The notes under the pieces: model-generated
The model's input: only the letters and a program-made list of their open reading frames with translations
What the model was told of the DNA's origin: nothing
The model's database searches: none
Position numbers and translations under genes: made by a program
Shown: in pieces, positions 9,912-19,212 of the stretch
Numbering within the stretch: the stretch's first letter is position 1
Layout: each line of letters opens with the position of its first letter
Assembly: GCA_965223545.1 (NCBI GenBank)
Contig: OZ245006.1
Coordinates: 7,872,001 to 7,936,000, forward strand
From: Planctomycetota bacterium
GTDB lineage: Bacteria; Planctomycetota; UBA1135; UBA2386
DNA: 64,000 nt
Reading direction: 5' to 3'

Positions 9912-10601
9912 ATGGTGCTGCGCGTCTTGCTCTGGCGCATCGCGGCGGACTGGCACGACCTGCGGCGGGCGCTCTGTCCCGGTGACGCCACGGTCTGGTA
10001 CTTCGCGTTCGGCGCCAACCAGTCCGACGACGTCCTGCGGCAGCGGCGGGTGTTTCCGCTGGAGGCAAAGGACCACGTCCTGCCCGACCACCGGCTGAGC
10101 TTCGCGCAGCCGTCGCCGCACGAGGGCGTGGGCTTCGCGACGGTGGAGCCGGCACCAGGGCACCGGGTGTACGGCAGGTTGTACCGAATCCTGCGCGCCG
10201 ACCTGCGCCGTCTCGACTTCGTCGAGGCCGCCAGGGTGCTGCGGTTGCAGGCCCGCGTCGCGATGGTCGACGGCGAGCGCACGTTGCACTACTACCGGGC
10301 GGCCGCGCCGCGCGAAGGGCTCGCGCCGACGCCGCGCTATCGAACCCTGTTGGTCGAGGCGCTCTCCGCGCGGGACGACGTGCCCGCGGGCTACCTCGAG
10401 GAGCTCGCCCGGGGGCCGACGTGCGAGCTCGGGGCGCTCTCCCCGCTGCCCGGCTTCGCGCTGCTGCCGACCGCCCTCGAGAGCGCGCCCGGCATCGGCC
10501 GAGTGGTGCGCGGCTGCAACCGGCGGGCGATGACAGCGGCGCTCTGGCTGGCGCGTGATTGGCACCCGTGGCGCCGATGGGTCCGCCCGCCGCGGGGCTG
10601 A
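9912..10601 (+). CDS. gamma-glutamylcyclotransferase (GGCT/AIG2-like) family protein
   Basis: WYFAFGAN (YFAYGSN-like), VYGRLY, LDFVE (catalytic Glu position), PTPRY; 6 nt after the rSAM stop with GAGGA RBS. Confidence 0.75.
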   Translation: MVLRVLLWRIAADWHDLRRALCPGDATVWYFAFGANQSDDVLRQRRVFPLEAKDHVLPDHRLSFAQPSPHEGVGFATVEPAPGHRVYGRLYRILRADLRRLDFVEAARVLRLQARVAMVDGERTLHYYRAAAPREGLAPTPRYRTLLVEALSARDDVPAGYLEELARGPTCELGALSPLPGFALLPTALESAPGIGRVVRGCNRRAMTAALWLARDWHPWRRWVRPPRG

Positions 10602-10721
10602 AGCAACGGGAAGCGCTTCCGTGCGGGCGACTTTTCTCGCCGGAAACGCCCTTGGATACCGCGCGCCGCTGGCGTTTCGGGCAGTGCGGGCACTCGGGCC
10701 CGCTCCACCCACGGCAACCGC

Positions 10722-13124
10722 ATGCGCACCCTCGCTCTCGTCACCTGTCTGCTCGTTCTCGCTCCCGCCGCCGTCGCCCAGAAGACGTTCGCCTACCACG
10801 GCGCCGACGGCGACACGCACCAAGGACACTTCGACACGATGTCGGCGAGCGGCTACCGCATGATCGCGTTCACCAGCTACGGAACGGTCGCCAGCCCTCG
10901 CTACGCCGCGGTGTGGATCCAGCGACGTGGCCCCGCGTTCGTCGGTTTCCACGGCCTCGACGGGAACGCGTATCAGCAGCTGTTGGACGACAACGCGCAG
11001 ACGCACACGCCGCGACTGCTCTCCGCGGTCGGCTCGGCCAGCGACGCGCGGTTCAGCGGAGTGCTGGAGGTCGCCAAGCACGGCATCCGCGCCCGGCACG
11101 GCATCGACTTTGCCGAGCTCGAGCAGGAGATCGAAGCCGCCGCCGCACTGCGTTGGCGGATGACGACTGTCGACGCCTACGGCGACGCGCAGGATACCCG
11201 CTACGTGGTCGCCTTCGAGCCCAACGACACCGACAAGTACGGCTGGGGCATCTACGGCGCCGACAGCGGGACCGAGCACAACGCGCAGTTCGCTGCGATG
11301 GCAGCGGGCTACGCCCGCGCCGTCAACGTCGCCATGAACCACGATGGCTCGCACTTCATCACGTTGTGGTACGACACCGACGTCGGCCCTTGGGCCGCGC
11401 ACAGCGGCATGTCGGCTTCCGAGTACGACAGCAAGGTGCAGAGCTACGCCAGGGCCGGCTGGTATCCCATCAACGTGCACGCGGCCGGCGGCGGATCGAA
11501 GACCGAATTCGCCGCGATCTTCGCCGCCACCGACGTGCCCAAGCAGAGACAGTGGTCGGAGACGGGACCGTTCGTACCGGAGCTGGTCGCGTTCGACGAT
11601 TGGGCGAAGGACTTCCTGCAGGGCGCCGGCGTGCGTTCGGGCATGCTGTGCGTGGTCAAGGACCAGCGGCTGGTGCTCGCCCGCGCCTACACCTGGGCGG
11701 AGGCGGGCTATCCGCAGGCGCAGCCCGACAGCCTGTTCCGCATCGCATCGCTGAGCAAACCACTCACCAGCATCGCCATCCACCAAGAGATGCAGCAGGC
11801 GCCGCAGACCTTCGGCTACGCCACGCCGATGGCGGGCTTGTTCGGCAATCCCGTGTTCGCCGACCCGCGCAGCAACGCGATCACGATGCGTCATTTGCTG
11901 ACGCACCAGGCGGGCTTCGACAGCTCGGCCAGCTTGGAACCGATGTTCGCCGACACCACCATTGCCAGCGCGCTCGGCGTCGCGCTGCCGGTCAACCCCG
12001 ACCAGATCCGCACCTACATGCAGGGCCAACCCCTCGACTACACACCGGGAACGGCGACCGTGTACTCGAACTACGGCTTCAGCCTGCTGGGCCGAGTGCT
12101 CGAGGCGCTGCACCCCGGCCAGAGCTACGAGCAGGTCCTGCAGGCGCAGCTGTTCGCGCCGCTCGGCATCACCCGGGCGGTGCTCGGCGGCTCGACCGTG
12201 GCGCAGATCCTGCCGGGCGAGGTGCGCTACCACCCGCGCCGCCTGCGCACCGCGCAGAGCGTCGTCGACCCGCAGCAGGGTTGGGTGCCCCTCCGCTACG
12301 GTGGTTGGAATCACGCCAACCTCGATGCGCACGGCGGCTGGGTGCTCGCGGCGCCGGACTACGCCAAGGTGCTCGCTTCGTTCGACCTCGGTGCGCAGAA
12401 CCCGATTCTCGGCGCCGCGCTCACGCAGAGCATGTGGACCAGCGAGCCGGGTGGCTTCGCCAAAGGTTGGTTCGAAGTCGACGTCAGCGCGCCGGCCGGC
12501 GGCACGATGAAGATGTTCGCGCATACCGGTGGCCTCGGCGGGTCGGTGTCGTTCGCCGGACGGCGGGAGGACGGGGTGTCGTTCGTGTTCTTCACCAACG
12601 GCAGCGACGACTGCCGCACCATCAGCGGCGACGCGCTGAGCGTCGTGGCCAACAGCATCCCGGCTTGGCCGGCGCACGACCTGTTCCCGCAGTTCGGCTT
12701 GCCCGCATTCAAGCACACGCCGGGTTCGATCAAGTCGTTCGGCCAGGCGTGCCCCGGCTCCAACGGCACGCCGGGCCTCAGCTACATCGGCGTGGCCGAG
12801 ACCGGCGCGCAGCTGTCCATGGTGCTCACCAGCGCGCCGCCGGCGACCACCGCCTACTTCCTGCTCGGCAACCAGGTGAGCATCAGCCTGGCGCCCTGGT
12901 TCGCGCCGCTGTGCACGCTCTACTCGATGCCGGTGCTCACGCTGCCGGTGCCAACGTCCGGCGTGGGCACGGCCGTCGCCCCGCTCACGCTGCCGTCCTC
13001 GTCGAGTTTCATCGGCGCGCGTTGGGCGGCGCAGTACCTGATCTTGGACCCGGCGGCGAGCTCCGCGGGCCTGTCCGCGACCAACGGCCTCGACTTGCGC
13101 ATCGGTGGTTGGAGCGGGATGTAG
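10722..13124 (+). CDS. secreted serine hydrolase (beta-lactamase/AmpC family) with N-terminal tandem repeats and C-terminal module
   Basis: Signal peptide; five ~50-aa repeats (RYAAVW-type, polyglycine-hydrolase-like); FRIASLSKP (SxxK), LLTHQAG, YSNYGF, AHTGG. Confidence 0.85.
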   Translation: MRTLALVTCLLVLAPAAVAQKTFAYHGADGDTHQGHFDTMSASGYRMIAFTSYGTVASPRYAAVWIQRRGPAFVGFHGLDGNAYQQLLDDNAQTHTPRLLSAVGSASDARFSGVLEVAKHGIRARHGIDFAELEQEIEAAAALRWRMTTVDAYGDAQDTRYVVAFEPNDTDKYGWGIYGADSGTEHNAQFAAMAAGYARAVNVAMNHDGSHFITLWYDTDVGPWAAHSGMSASEYDSKVQSYARAGWYPINVHAAGGGSKTEFAAIFAATDVPKQRQWSETGPFVPELVAFDDWAKDFLQGAGVRSGMLCVVKDQRLVLARAYTWAEAGYPQAQPDSLFRIASLSKPLTSIAIHQEMQQAPQTFGYATPMAGLFGNPVFADPRSNAITMRHLLTHQAGFDSSASLEPMFADTTIASALGVALPVNPDQIRTYMQGQPLDYTPGTATVYSNYGFSLLGRVLEALHPGQSYEQVLQAQLFAPLGITRAVLGGSTVAQILPGEVRYHPRRLRTAQSVVDPQQGWVPLRYGGWNHANLDAHGGWVLAAPDYAKVLASFDLGAQNPILGAALTQSMWTSEPGGFAKGWFEVDVSAPAGGTMKMFAHTGGLGGSVSFAGRREDGVSFVFFTNGSDDCRTISGDALSVVANSIPAWPAHDLFPQFGLPAFKHTPGSIKSFGQACPGSNGTPGLSYIGVAETGAQLSMVLTSAPPATTAYFLLGNQVSISLAPWFAPLCTLYSMPVLTLPVPTSGVGTAVAPLTLPSSSSFIGARWAAQYLILDPAASSAGLSATNGLDLRIGGWSGM

Positions 13125-13221
13125 CGCAGTCCCGCCGATGGCGCGTTGACGTCGCCGGCTGATCCGGTGATCCTGAAGCCGACGGATCGTCAGCAGCTTG
13201 CGCAACGGATCAGAACGTCTC

Positions 13222-15456
13222 ATGCAACTCGGGCGCGCGGCGGTCTGGATGCCGGTCGTGCTGCTCGCGTTGATGGCGGTCGGGGCGTGGTTGTCGTGGT
13301 GGTCCGGGCCGCCGGTCGCGCCGCTGTTCGAGTTGCCCGCCGAGGCGCCGTCGGGCTCGACCCGTGCTCTGATCGGCCCGCTGCCGGAGCCAGAGGCGGG
13401 GGCGCCGCGGGATCCCGTGGTCGCGCTCACGCCGCGGCTCACCGTTACCGGCCGCGTGCTGTACGCGCGGGCGCGCACGCCGGTGACCGGTGCTGTCGTC
13501 GAGCTGGCCCCTCGCCCGACCCCATCCCGGCTCCTTGCCAGTCGAGTCGTCGCGACCGCGCGCCCTGACGCGGACGGTACGTTCCATCTGGACGTTCCGA
13601 CCAACACCGACCATCGCTACGACCTGTGCGTCACGGTTGACGGGGTGCGCTACCGGCACGACATTCCACCCCAAACCGCCGGTGACGCTGACTACGACGC
13701 CGGTGCGCTGGTGGTAGGGAGCGCGTTCACGGTCGCGGGGTCAGTGCTCGCTGCCGACGGCCGCGCGGTCCCGGGCGTCCGCTTTCGGCTCGTGCGCCGG
13801 CAGTCGGCGGCGTTTGCGCGGGAGGACTTCGATCAGCGCGGGATGGTGCAGATCACCGCCAATGGTGCCGGCGGCTTCGTCACGCCGACGCCGTTGACCG
13901 AGGGGACCTGGCACGTCACTGGGGACGACTGCGAGATCGTGCGGGCACCTCCGATCCGCATCGACTCCGGTGGTGTGGTGCCGGCAGGGGAGATTACGGT
14001 CGTGGTCGAGATGCCGGCGCTGATTCTCGGGCGCGTGACGAGCGTCGAGGGCGTGGGGCTCGGCGGCATGCAGGTCCTGGCCAGCGCGGGGGCGCGCCAC
14101 CGCCAGGCGGTGAGCGCCGCCAACGGGGAGTTCGAGCTGCGCTGGCCGGGCAGTGGACCGATCTCGTCGATCGAAGTGACCGACCCTCGCGGGGAGTATC
14201 CGCGAACCCTGCGCACCGGTGCGTGGACGGTCGAGGACGCGCCGCTCCGCATCGTGCTGGAGCGGGGGGGGACCGTGGCCATCGCGGTGGTCGATGGGCG
14301 GACCGGGGCTGGCATTGCTGGTTGCCGGGTCAAAGTGCTGCGAAGCGCCGGAGCCAGGGCCCGCGCTACCGACCAATCCGTGGCGACCACGGGGGCCGAG
14401 GGGGTCGTCGTCGTCGACCGACTCGCCGGCGCCGAGGTCTTGGTGGCGGTCGGGGCGGCCGGCACTGGGTTCGCCGACTCTGGGCTTGTACGCGTCCGCA
14501 CGGATGCCGGCAGCGCGCGCATCGCACTCTCGCGCCCGCGCCACAGGATCACGGTGATCGATGACGAGGGCCGGCCGGTCGCGGGGGCGGGAATCACGGT
14601 GTGCCAGCCGTTGGCGAGCCTCGGCTTGCCGGGCAAGGGAATTCATGGTGCGCTGACCTTCGATACGCTGACACCGGTGGCCACTGGCCTGCACCGCCAG
14701 CTGCAGGTCGCAGCAGGGCGCACCGGCGAGAGCGGCGAGATCGTGGTCGGCGATGCCGGCGGGCGCGGGCTGGTGTTGCAAGTCCACGCCCCGGGGTGCG
14801 GATTGGTGCGGGTGGATCCGTGGCAGCCGGTGCCTGGCAGAACCACGATCGTGCGGCTGTCGCCCTCGGGGCGGATCCTGGGCAGGATCCGCGATTGGTC
14901 GGGCGCTTCGTCGCGAGCGCGCGTCGTCGCTTTCGACGGCGACCGGTGGGTGCCGGCCTTCGAGGGACCGCAATGGGAGGTGAAGCCGGACGGAGCGTTC
15001 GAATGCCGTGGGCTCAACCAGGGTGAGTGGGAGCTGTGGCTGGTGGTCGAGCCGCAGCACGGCTTGACCGGTGAGGTCCGCTTGCGCGCCGCATCGGTGG
15101 AGGTGCGCAGCGGGCAGGTCCACCGCACCGAAATCGAACTCCCCCCGGCCCTGCGGTGGCAAGAGGTCATGATGACGGTGTCAGTGGATGGAGCTCCGTT
15201 TTGGGGGCGCATGATGCTCGCCAAGATCGACGCCGCGCAGCCGGGTCGTCCGATCCTTGGTCGGGTCGGCCCGCTCTGGACCACGCGCCAAGGGACCCTC
15301 ACCGCAACCCTGTTGCCGGGCGCGTACGTCGCGACTCTGCACGGTGCGGGCGACGCCGCGCCGCTCCGGGTGAGCCAAGTCTACGAGGTCGGCGCCGCGA
15401 CGGGCTCGATTCGCATCGAGGCCGCGGCCGACGAGGCGGGCGGTAGGCGCGAGTAG
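13222..15456 (+). CDS. membrane-anchored protein with carboxypeptidase-regulatory-like repeats
   Basis: N-terminal TM; repeated VTGRV...PVTGAVV...DADGTF, GSVLAADGRAVPG, VIDDEGRPVAGA units. Confidence 0.7.
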   Translation: MQLGRAAVWMPVVLLALMAVGAWLSWWSGPPVAPLFELPAEAPSGSTRALIGPLPEPEAGAPRDPVVALTPRLTVTGRVLYARARTPVTGAVVELAPRPTPSRLLASRVVATARPDADGTFHLDVPTNTDHRYDLCVTVDGVRYRHDIPPQTAGDADYDAGALVVGSAFTVAGSVLAADGRAVPGVRFRLVRRQSAAFAREDFDQRGMVQITANGAGGFVTPTPLTEGTWHVTGDDCEIVRAPPIRIDSGGVVPAGEITVVVEMPALILGRVTSVEGVGLGGMQVLASAGARHRQAVSAANGEFELRWPGSGPISSIEVTDPRGEYPRTLRTGAWTVEDAPLRIVLERGGTVAIAVVDGRTGAGIAGCRVKVLRSAGARARATDQSVATTGAEGVVVVDRLAGAEVLVAVGAAGTGFADSGLVRVRTDAGSARIALSRPRHRITVIDDEGRPVAGAGITVCQPLASLGLPGKGIHGALTFDTLTPVATGLHRQLQVAAGRTGESGEIVVGDAGGRGLVLQVHAPGCGLVRVDPWQPVPGRTTIVRLSPSGRILGRIRDWSGASSRARVVAFDGDRWVPAFEGPQWEVKPDGAFECRGLNQGEWELWLVVEPQHGLTGEVRLRAASVEVRSGQVHRTEIELPPALRWQEVMMTVSVDGAPFWGRMMLAKIDAAQPGRPILGRVGPLWTTRQGTLTATLLPGAYVATLHGAGDAAPLRVSQVYEVGAATGSIRIEAAADEAGGRRE

Positions 15457-15465
15457 CGAGGACTC

Positions 15466-16089
15466 ATGCGGCGCTCGGTCACCGTGGTCTTGATCTTCGT
15501 GGCGGCGTCGGCAGTGTCGTTCGTGTGGCTCGCCGGCGCGCTCGAGCGGGCGCTGGCCGGCGGCGACGTGGTGGCGTGGTTGCGCCAGCAGCGGGGCGAC
15601 GCCTGGTGGGTCGGCGGTGGCCTGCTGGTGTCGGACCTGCTGTTGCCGGTGCCGACCAGCGCGGTGCTGACGGCGTTGGGGGTCGTCTACGGTGCGTTTT
15701 GGGGCGGGGTGGTCGGCGCTGCCGGCAGCTTCGCCGCGGCGGCGACCGGCTACTGGCTGTGCCGCGCGGTCGGCGAGCGCGGCGCGCGCTGGCTGCTCGG
15801 CGCGGATGACCTCGGGCGGGCGCAGGCCTTCTTCGCGGGCCGGGGAGCGCTGCTGGTCGCCGGCTCGCGGTGGGTGCCGGTGCTGCCCGAGCTGCTGGCC
15901 TGCGCCGCGGGCCTGGCGGGGATGCGCTGGTCGCGCTTCGCGCTCGCATCGCTGTGTGGATGCGTGCCGCTGGGCTTCGCCTGGGCAGGAGTCGGCGCGT
16001 GGGGTCGCGATGCCCCCGGCTGGGCCCTCGCCCTCTCGATCGTCGTGCCGCTGGCCCTGTGGTACGCCGTCTCCCGGCGCGTCCGGTGA
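15466..16089 (+). CDS. TVP38/TMEM64 (VTT/DedA-type) membrane protein
   Basis: Hydrophobic; DLLLPVPTS, GYWLCR, SRWVPVLPE, AGLAGMRWSRF. Confidence 0.85.
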   Translation: MRRSVTVVLIFVAASAVSFVWLAGALERALAGGDVVAWLRQQRGDAWWVGGGLLVSDLLLPVPTSAVLTALGVVYGAFWGGVVGAAGSFAAAATGYWLCRAVGERGARWLLGADDLGRAQAFFAGRGALLVAGSRWVPVLPELLACAAGLAGMRWSRFALASLCGCVPLGFAWAGVGAWGRDAPGWALALSIVVPLALWYAVSRRVR

Positions 16090-16202
16090 GCGATGGCCAA
16101 GCGCCGTCGTCATGGCGGCGTCGCCGCCGGGGCGGTTCTGTCGGCGCCCGAAACATCGCCGACCGGCGCTCAGCCCATACCCCGCGGCGGCCGAAAGGAA
16201 CC

Positions 16203-16610
16203 ATGGACTGCAGTCCGGGCTTCCTTGCAATGACCACACCCAACGAACCGACACAGCCGCGGCGGGCCGAGCGGCACGCCGCCGAGTTGATCTTCGCCGC
16301 CATCACCGAGCCGGGGACCGCGACCGAGGGCACCCGCGATCAGGCCTTCGGCGTCGTGCTCGACGTCAGCGAGGGCGGCATGCGACTGGCGACGCCGCAG
16401 CCACCGAAGGCCAAGCGACGCGTTCAGGTGCGGGTGGCGATCGAGGAGCAGATCTTCGCCATCGAGGCGAACGTGCGCTGGGTCAAGCAAGTGCGCGTCC
16501 GCACCTACGAGGTCGGTCTGCGCTTCGACGCCGAGGACTTCGGCAAGGCCGAGTTCTTGGCCGACTTCATGGCGCGGGTGGCGACCGAGCAGCTCAGCGC
16601 TGTCGACTGA
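16203..16610 (+). CDS. stand-alone PilZ domain protein
   Basis: RRAER (RxxxR) and DVSEGG (DxSxxG), VRWVK...YEVGLRF; ATG 16203 after AAAGGA (alternative ATG 16230). Confidence 0.8.
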   Translation: MDCSPGFLAMTTPNEPTQPRRAERHAAELIFAAITEPGTATEGTRDQAFGVVLDVSEGGMRLATPQPPKAKRRVQVRVAIEEQIFAIEANVRWVKQVRVRTYEVGLRFDAEDFGKAEFLADFMARVATEQLSAVD

Positions 16611-16651
16611 CGCGCGCTGCCGACTGACGCGTGGCCGCGAGGGCCTGAGCG

Positions 16652-17971
16652 TCAGCGAGGTTGGGCGAGCGCGGCGTCGAGCACCGGGTCCCGCCCGGCG
16701 AAGTAGTCCGCCGCCGACAGCGCGACGGGCACGTGCGGAGCGTGCTCCAAGCGCGCGTCCCGCGGGCTCTTCTCGTGATAGCGGGTCGCGATCCGGACGG
16801 TGATCGCGGGAGAGTGCGGCAGTTGGACCGAACGGGCGTCGCCGTACTGGTTGGGCGCGCCTCCCGGCGCTTCGCCGATCAGGGTGACGTGGTCGATCGA
16901 GCGCTCGGCCTCGGTGACGAAGTTGCCCGCCGCGGAGAACGTGGCACGCCCGGTCAGCAGCATGAGGTGGCCGGCGGCGTTGATGCGGGGGTGATCGCGC
17001 AGCATGCGCAGCAGGGGGCGATAGGTCGTGTTGCTCCCGCCGCCGTTGTTGCGCAAGTCGATGATGACGCGCCGCTCCGGTGTCTCGCCGGCAAGCGCGG
17101 CCAGGCTGCGGGCGAAGGCCGCGATCGACACGCCGCCGGCGGCGCGCGCTTGCATCGCGTGATACTGGACGTAGACCGCGTCGTGCTCGGCCAGCAGCTC
17201 CATGCGCAGCGGTATTTCGCGGTGGCGCAGCCAGCGCACGGTGTCGTCCGGCGGCAGCATGAACGGCATGTGCGGCATCGCGGCGCGCGCCGCCGAGCTC
17301 GCGATCCGCGGCCACCGGCTGGTGCGTTCCGCCCCCGTCGCGGGGTCGCGCAGTCTTGCGGTGACCTCGGACTCGCGCTGACTGCAGCCGGTCGCGGCCA
17401 GCAGCTCCGGTATGTGGGTCAAGAACAAGCGGCGGACGCGGTGGTTGGTGGGGTTGTCCGCCGGCACCAGCGGTGCGAGGGCGGCGAGAATCTCCGCTGG
17501 CGCCCGGCCGTCGATGGCGAGCAGCTGCCAGCCGCGGTCGCCGGCGCGGTCGTCGTCGGTATCGACGACGTAGATCCCCTCGGGAAACTCGTACAGCTGC
17601 ACCGGTAGGCGACCGTGATCGCGGTGGCGCACACCGCTGTGTCCTTCGCCGCCGGCGGCGCCGAGCAGGGCCACCAGCCGCATCAAACGCAGCAGCATCT
17701 CGGTGTCGGTCGTCGCCTCGATGTCCTCGGCAGCCGACGCCAAGGCCGCGTCGAAGACGTCGCGGTCGACGCCGTGGAACGGATTCGGGTGCAACGCGAG
17801 CAACTGCTCGCGCACGAACCGCAGGTCCGCGCGCCAGCCGTCGGTGCGCGATCGTTCCATGGCGCGCGGCGCTTCGCTCGGCGGCGGTTGTTGCGCGCGG
17901 GCGCACGCGCCGGTGGCCAGTCCGATGGCGATCAGGATGGAGATCGCTTTCGCGGGGTGAGTCGCGTCCAT
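16652..17971 (-). CDS. S41-family peptidase-like secreted/lipoprotein
   Basis: IIDLRNNGGG, TFSAA, IGEAPGG; N-terminal signal with GAC. Confidence 0.8.
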   Translation of the reverse strand: MDATHPAKAISILIAIGLATGACARAQQPPPSEAPRAMERSRTDGWRADLRFVREQLLALHPNPFHGVDRDVFDAALASAAEDIEATTDTEMLLRLMRLVALLGAAGGEGHSGVRHRDHGRLPVQLYEFPEGIYVVDTDDDRAGDRGWQLLAIDGRAPAEILAALAPLVPADNPTNHRVRRLFLTHIPELLAATGCSQRESEVTARLRDPATGAERTSRWPRIASSAARAAMPHMPFMLPPDDTVRWLRHREIPLRMELLAEHDAVYVQYHAMQARAAGGVSIAAFARSLAALAGETPERRVIIDLRNNGGGSNTTYRPLLRMLRDHPRINAAGHLMLLTGRATFSAAGNFVTEAERSIDHVTLIGEAPGGAPNQYGDARSVQLPHSPAITVRIATRYHEKSPRDARLEHAPHVPVALSAADYFAGRDPVLDAALAQPR

Positions 17972-18035
17972 TGGCCCTCGATGGTAGCGGTCCGGCGCGC
18001 TGTCGCTGGTTGGGGGCCTCGGTTACCGTGGCGCG

Positions 18036-19184
18036 ATGGTTCAGCCCGAGAGCCCCCTTGGCGGTGTCGGCAAAGACGCCTCACTGCGGGCGAGCGTCGT
18101 GGAGTTTGATCCAGCAGTGCCGATCGAGCGGGCGTCGATGCCGCCCTCACAATGGTACACCTCCGCCGCGATCGAAGAGCTGGAGCGCACCGCGGTGTGG
18201 CCGCGGTGCTGGCAGCCGGTGGTGCGCCGCTCGCAGGTGGCCGAACCCGGCACCCACGCGAGCGGTTGTTTCGCGGGCGAGCTGTGGGTGGTGACGCGCG
18301 ACGCCGAGGGTGCGTTGCGCGCGTTCCACAACACCTGCCGGCACAAGGGGCGGGAGGTCGTGACCGGCCATGGCAAAGCCGAGGCGCTGGTCTGTGGCTA
18401 CCACGGCTGGCGCTACGGCCTCGATGGCCGGTTGCAGCACGCGCCGCGGATGACCGGGGTGCGCGGGTTCGACCGAGCAGCGACGCGCTTGCCGGCGATG
18501 GCGTGCGCCGAGTGGGGGGCGTGGGTGTGGGTCTGCGCCGACCCCGACGCGCCGCCCCCACATGAGGCGCTCGGGCCGGCCGGGGAGGCGTTGGAGCAGC
18601 GCGGCTTCGAGGCGCTGCGCTACGTCGACACCGTGGAATGGGAGATCGGCTGCAACTGGAAGGTGTACGTCGACAACTATCTCGACGGCGGCTACCACAT
18701 CCCGCACATGCACCCCAGCCTGGCGGCGCAGATCGAGATGGCCGCCTACGCCACGCAGGTGTTCGACCGCAGCTCGCTGCAGACGGCCCCGGCGACCGCG
18801 GACCGGGCGGGCGGCGAGCTGGCCTACGACCCGGCGGCGCGGATCGGCGCCGGCGCGTTGTACGCGTGGCTCTACCCCAACTTCATGCTCAACCGCTACG
18901 GGCCCTGTCTGGACACCAACCTCGTGGTGCCACTGGGGCCGGATCGGTGCCGGGTGGTCTACGAGTTCTACTTCGAAGGCGAGCCGAGCCCGGAGTTCGT
19001 CGCCCAGAGCCTGGAGCAGGCCGCCGTCACCCAGCGCGAGGACATCGAGATCTGCGAGTCGGTACAACGCGGGCTGCGCTCCCGCGGCTACGACCGCGGC
19101 CGCTACGCGCCGGCGGTGGAAGTCGGCGAGCACCACTTCCATTTGTTGTTGGCGGCGGACCTGCGTGCAGAACTCGGGCTCTAG
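18036..19184 (+). CDS. Rieske non-heme iron oxygenase alpha subunit, choline monooxygenase-like
   Basis: Rieske CRH...CGYHGW; mononuclear Fe site NWKVYVDNYLDGGYHIPHMH; YPNFMLNRYGP.LDTNLV; EDIEICESVQRGL. Confidence 0.85.
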   Translation: MVQPESPLGGVGKDASLRASVVEFDPAVPIERASMPPSQWYTSAAIEELERTAVWPRCWQPVVRRSQVAEPGTHASGCFAGELWVVTRDAEGALRAFHNTCRHKGREVVTGHGKAEALVCGYHGWRYGLDGRLQHAPRMTGVRGFDRAATRLPAMACAEWGAWVWVCADPDAPPPHEALGPAGEALEQRGFEALRYVDTVEWEIGCNWKVYVDNYLDGGYHIPHMHPSLAAQIEMAAYATQVFDRSSLQTAPATADRAGGELAYDPAARIGAGALYAWLYPNFMLNRYGPCLDTNLVVPLGPDRCRVVYEFYFEGEPSPEFVAQSLEQAAVTQREDIEICESVQRGLRSRGYDRGRYAPAVEVGEHHFHLLLAADLRAELGL

Positions 19185-19212
19185 TCGCCAGGTCGTCGGT
19201 GCGCGAGGTGCC

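Noticed and set aside
9768..13607. 1279-aa minus-strand ORF and many similar long R/A/G-rich ORFs
   Set aside because: Antisense or off-frame shadows of motif-bearing genes, expected at this GC content; no motifs
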